A stretch of DNA of 63,175 nucleotides, the filler included, from Octopus bimaculoides (lineage: Eukaryota), in assembly GCF_001194135.2 (NCBI RefSeq). It is 6 parts of 5 records of this genome, joined end to end, with 100 filler letters (N's around TTAATTAATTAA, not from the genome) between each part and the next. Parts side by side here need not be neighbours in the genome. Positions count along the whole stretch, not along the records: positions 57,225 to 63,175 come from NC_068987.1; 5 more parts are not named here. One strand, 5' to 3'. Below the pieces are notes generated by a model. The model was not told the origin of the DNA, did no database searches, and worked only from the letters and a program-made list of their open reading frames with translations. A program made the translations under genes and the position numbers. The first letter of the stretch is position 1; every line of letters starts with the position of its first letter. Below are positions 62,568-63,175 of this stretch, piece by piece.

Positions 62568-63117
62568 TACATATGAGTTTGACATGGGTGATTCATTCTT
62601 GTCTTGGGATTCACGGTTAAACGGCTGGGTGTAATTGCACGAAAAATTACATTTAGAATGATCAAGTGGTGTTGCTGGGCTTTGTATTTTGTCATAGCTC
62701 CCGTGGTTATCGGGATAATCTACTATAATAATACTCTTGTGTTTACGAATGAGAAAGGAAGGGGTGATAGATGAATAGGGTGATGTCATACTTAGTAGTG
62801 GGACGATGAAAATTGTACGCTGAAAAATAAATCAAACAGCGTTTCAACTCTGTGTGAATAGATGTGCGTGTGTATAAAAGGGAGTATGTGAATGTGCAGG
62901 TGTGCGCGCAATGGAAGTGGGATGGTTCATCTTTGTTCGCTTAGTATTTGGGTTTAATTTTTGATTTGGTTGAATCTTAGTTAGATTGTTTTTGTTGGTC
63001 AGTTACTTTAACGTTTTGACAGAAAAAAGTCATTCTAAAATTGTTTTTTAACGTAAGGGTGCCCAAACAAGTCGATTGATTACACAGAGCAGGTTTTGCA
63101 GCCACATTATCCAAACC

Positions 63118-63147
63118 GACCGGGTGAAACCGGGCTTAGCTGCTAGT
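63118..63147 (+). mobile_element. Helitron-like 3' terminus
   Basis: Imperfect GC hairpin ccgggtgaaaccggg, then about 7 nt, then CTAG|T. Confidence 0.5.
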
Positions 63148-63175
63148 ATATATATATATATATATATATATATAT

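Overview
Repeat-dense, microsatellite-rich animal DNA. The SINE families and repeat landscape suggest an octopus or other coleoid cephalopod; that assignment is an inference. The window is not one locus. Five artificial 100-nt spacers (N44-TTAATTAATTAA-N44) split it into six unrelated pieces: 1-13534, 13635-39383, 39484-42834, 42935-47370, 47471-57124 and 57225-63175. Two host genes are recognisable from split exons that the ORF track misses. ESRP/fusilli has its first two coding exons at 8706-8831 and 9178-9321 (+). ALDH5A1/SSADH has two late exons at 50995-51164 and 55094-55152 (+). The rest is mostly mobile DNA: tRNA-derived SINEs, mariner/Tc1 elements and MITEs, hAT- and piggyBac-type MITEs, CR1-like, RTE-like and R4/Dong-like LINE fragments, Helitron remnants, and several Penelope-like elements (PLEs). 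The most notable signals are: decayed hammerhead ribozymes attached to the PLEs, two of which together reconstruct a canonical core; REL-type LINE fragments sitting in (ATT)n/(ATC)n tracts; a 3' tail shared by a SINE family and a CR1-like LINE; several isolated palindromes and hairpins; and an E-box cluster upstream of ESRP. Most long ORFs in the supplied track are microsatellite or N-gap artefacts. All family assignments come from recalled motifs, not database searches.
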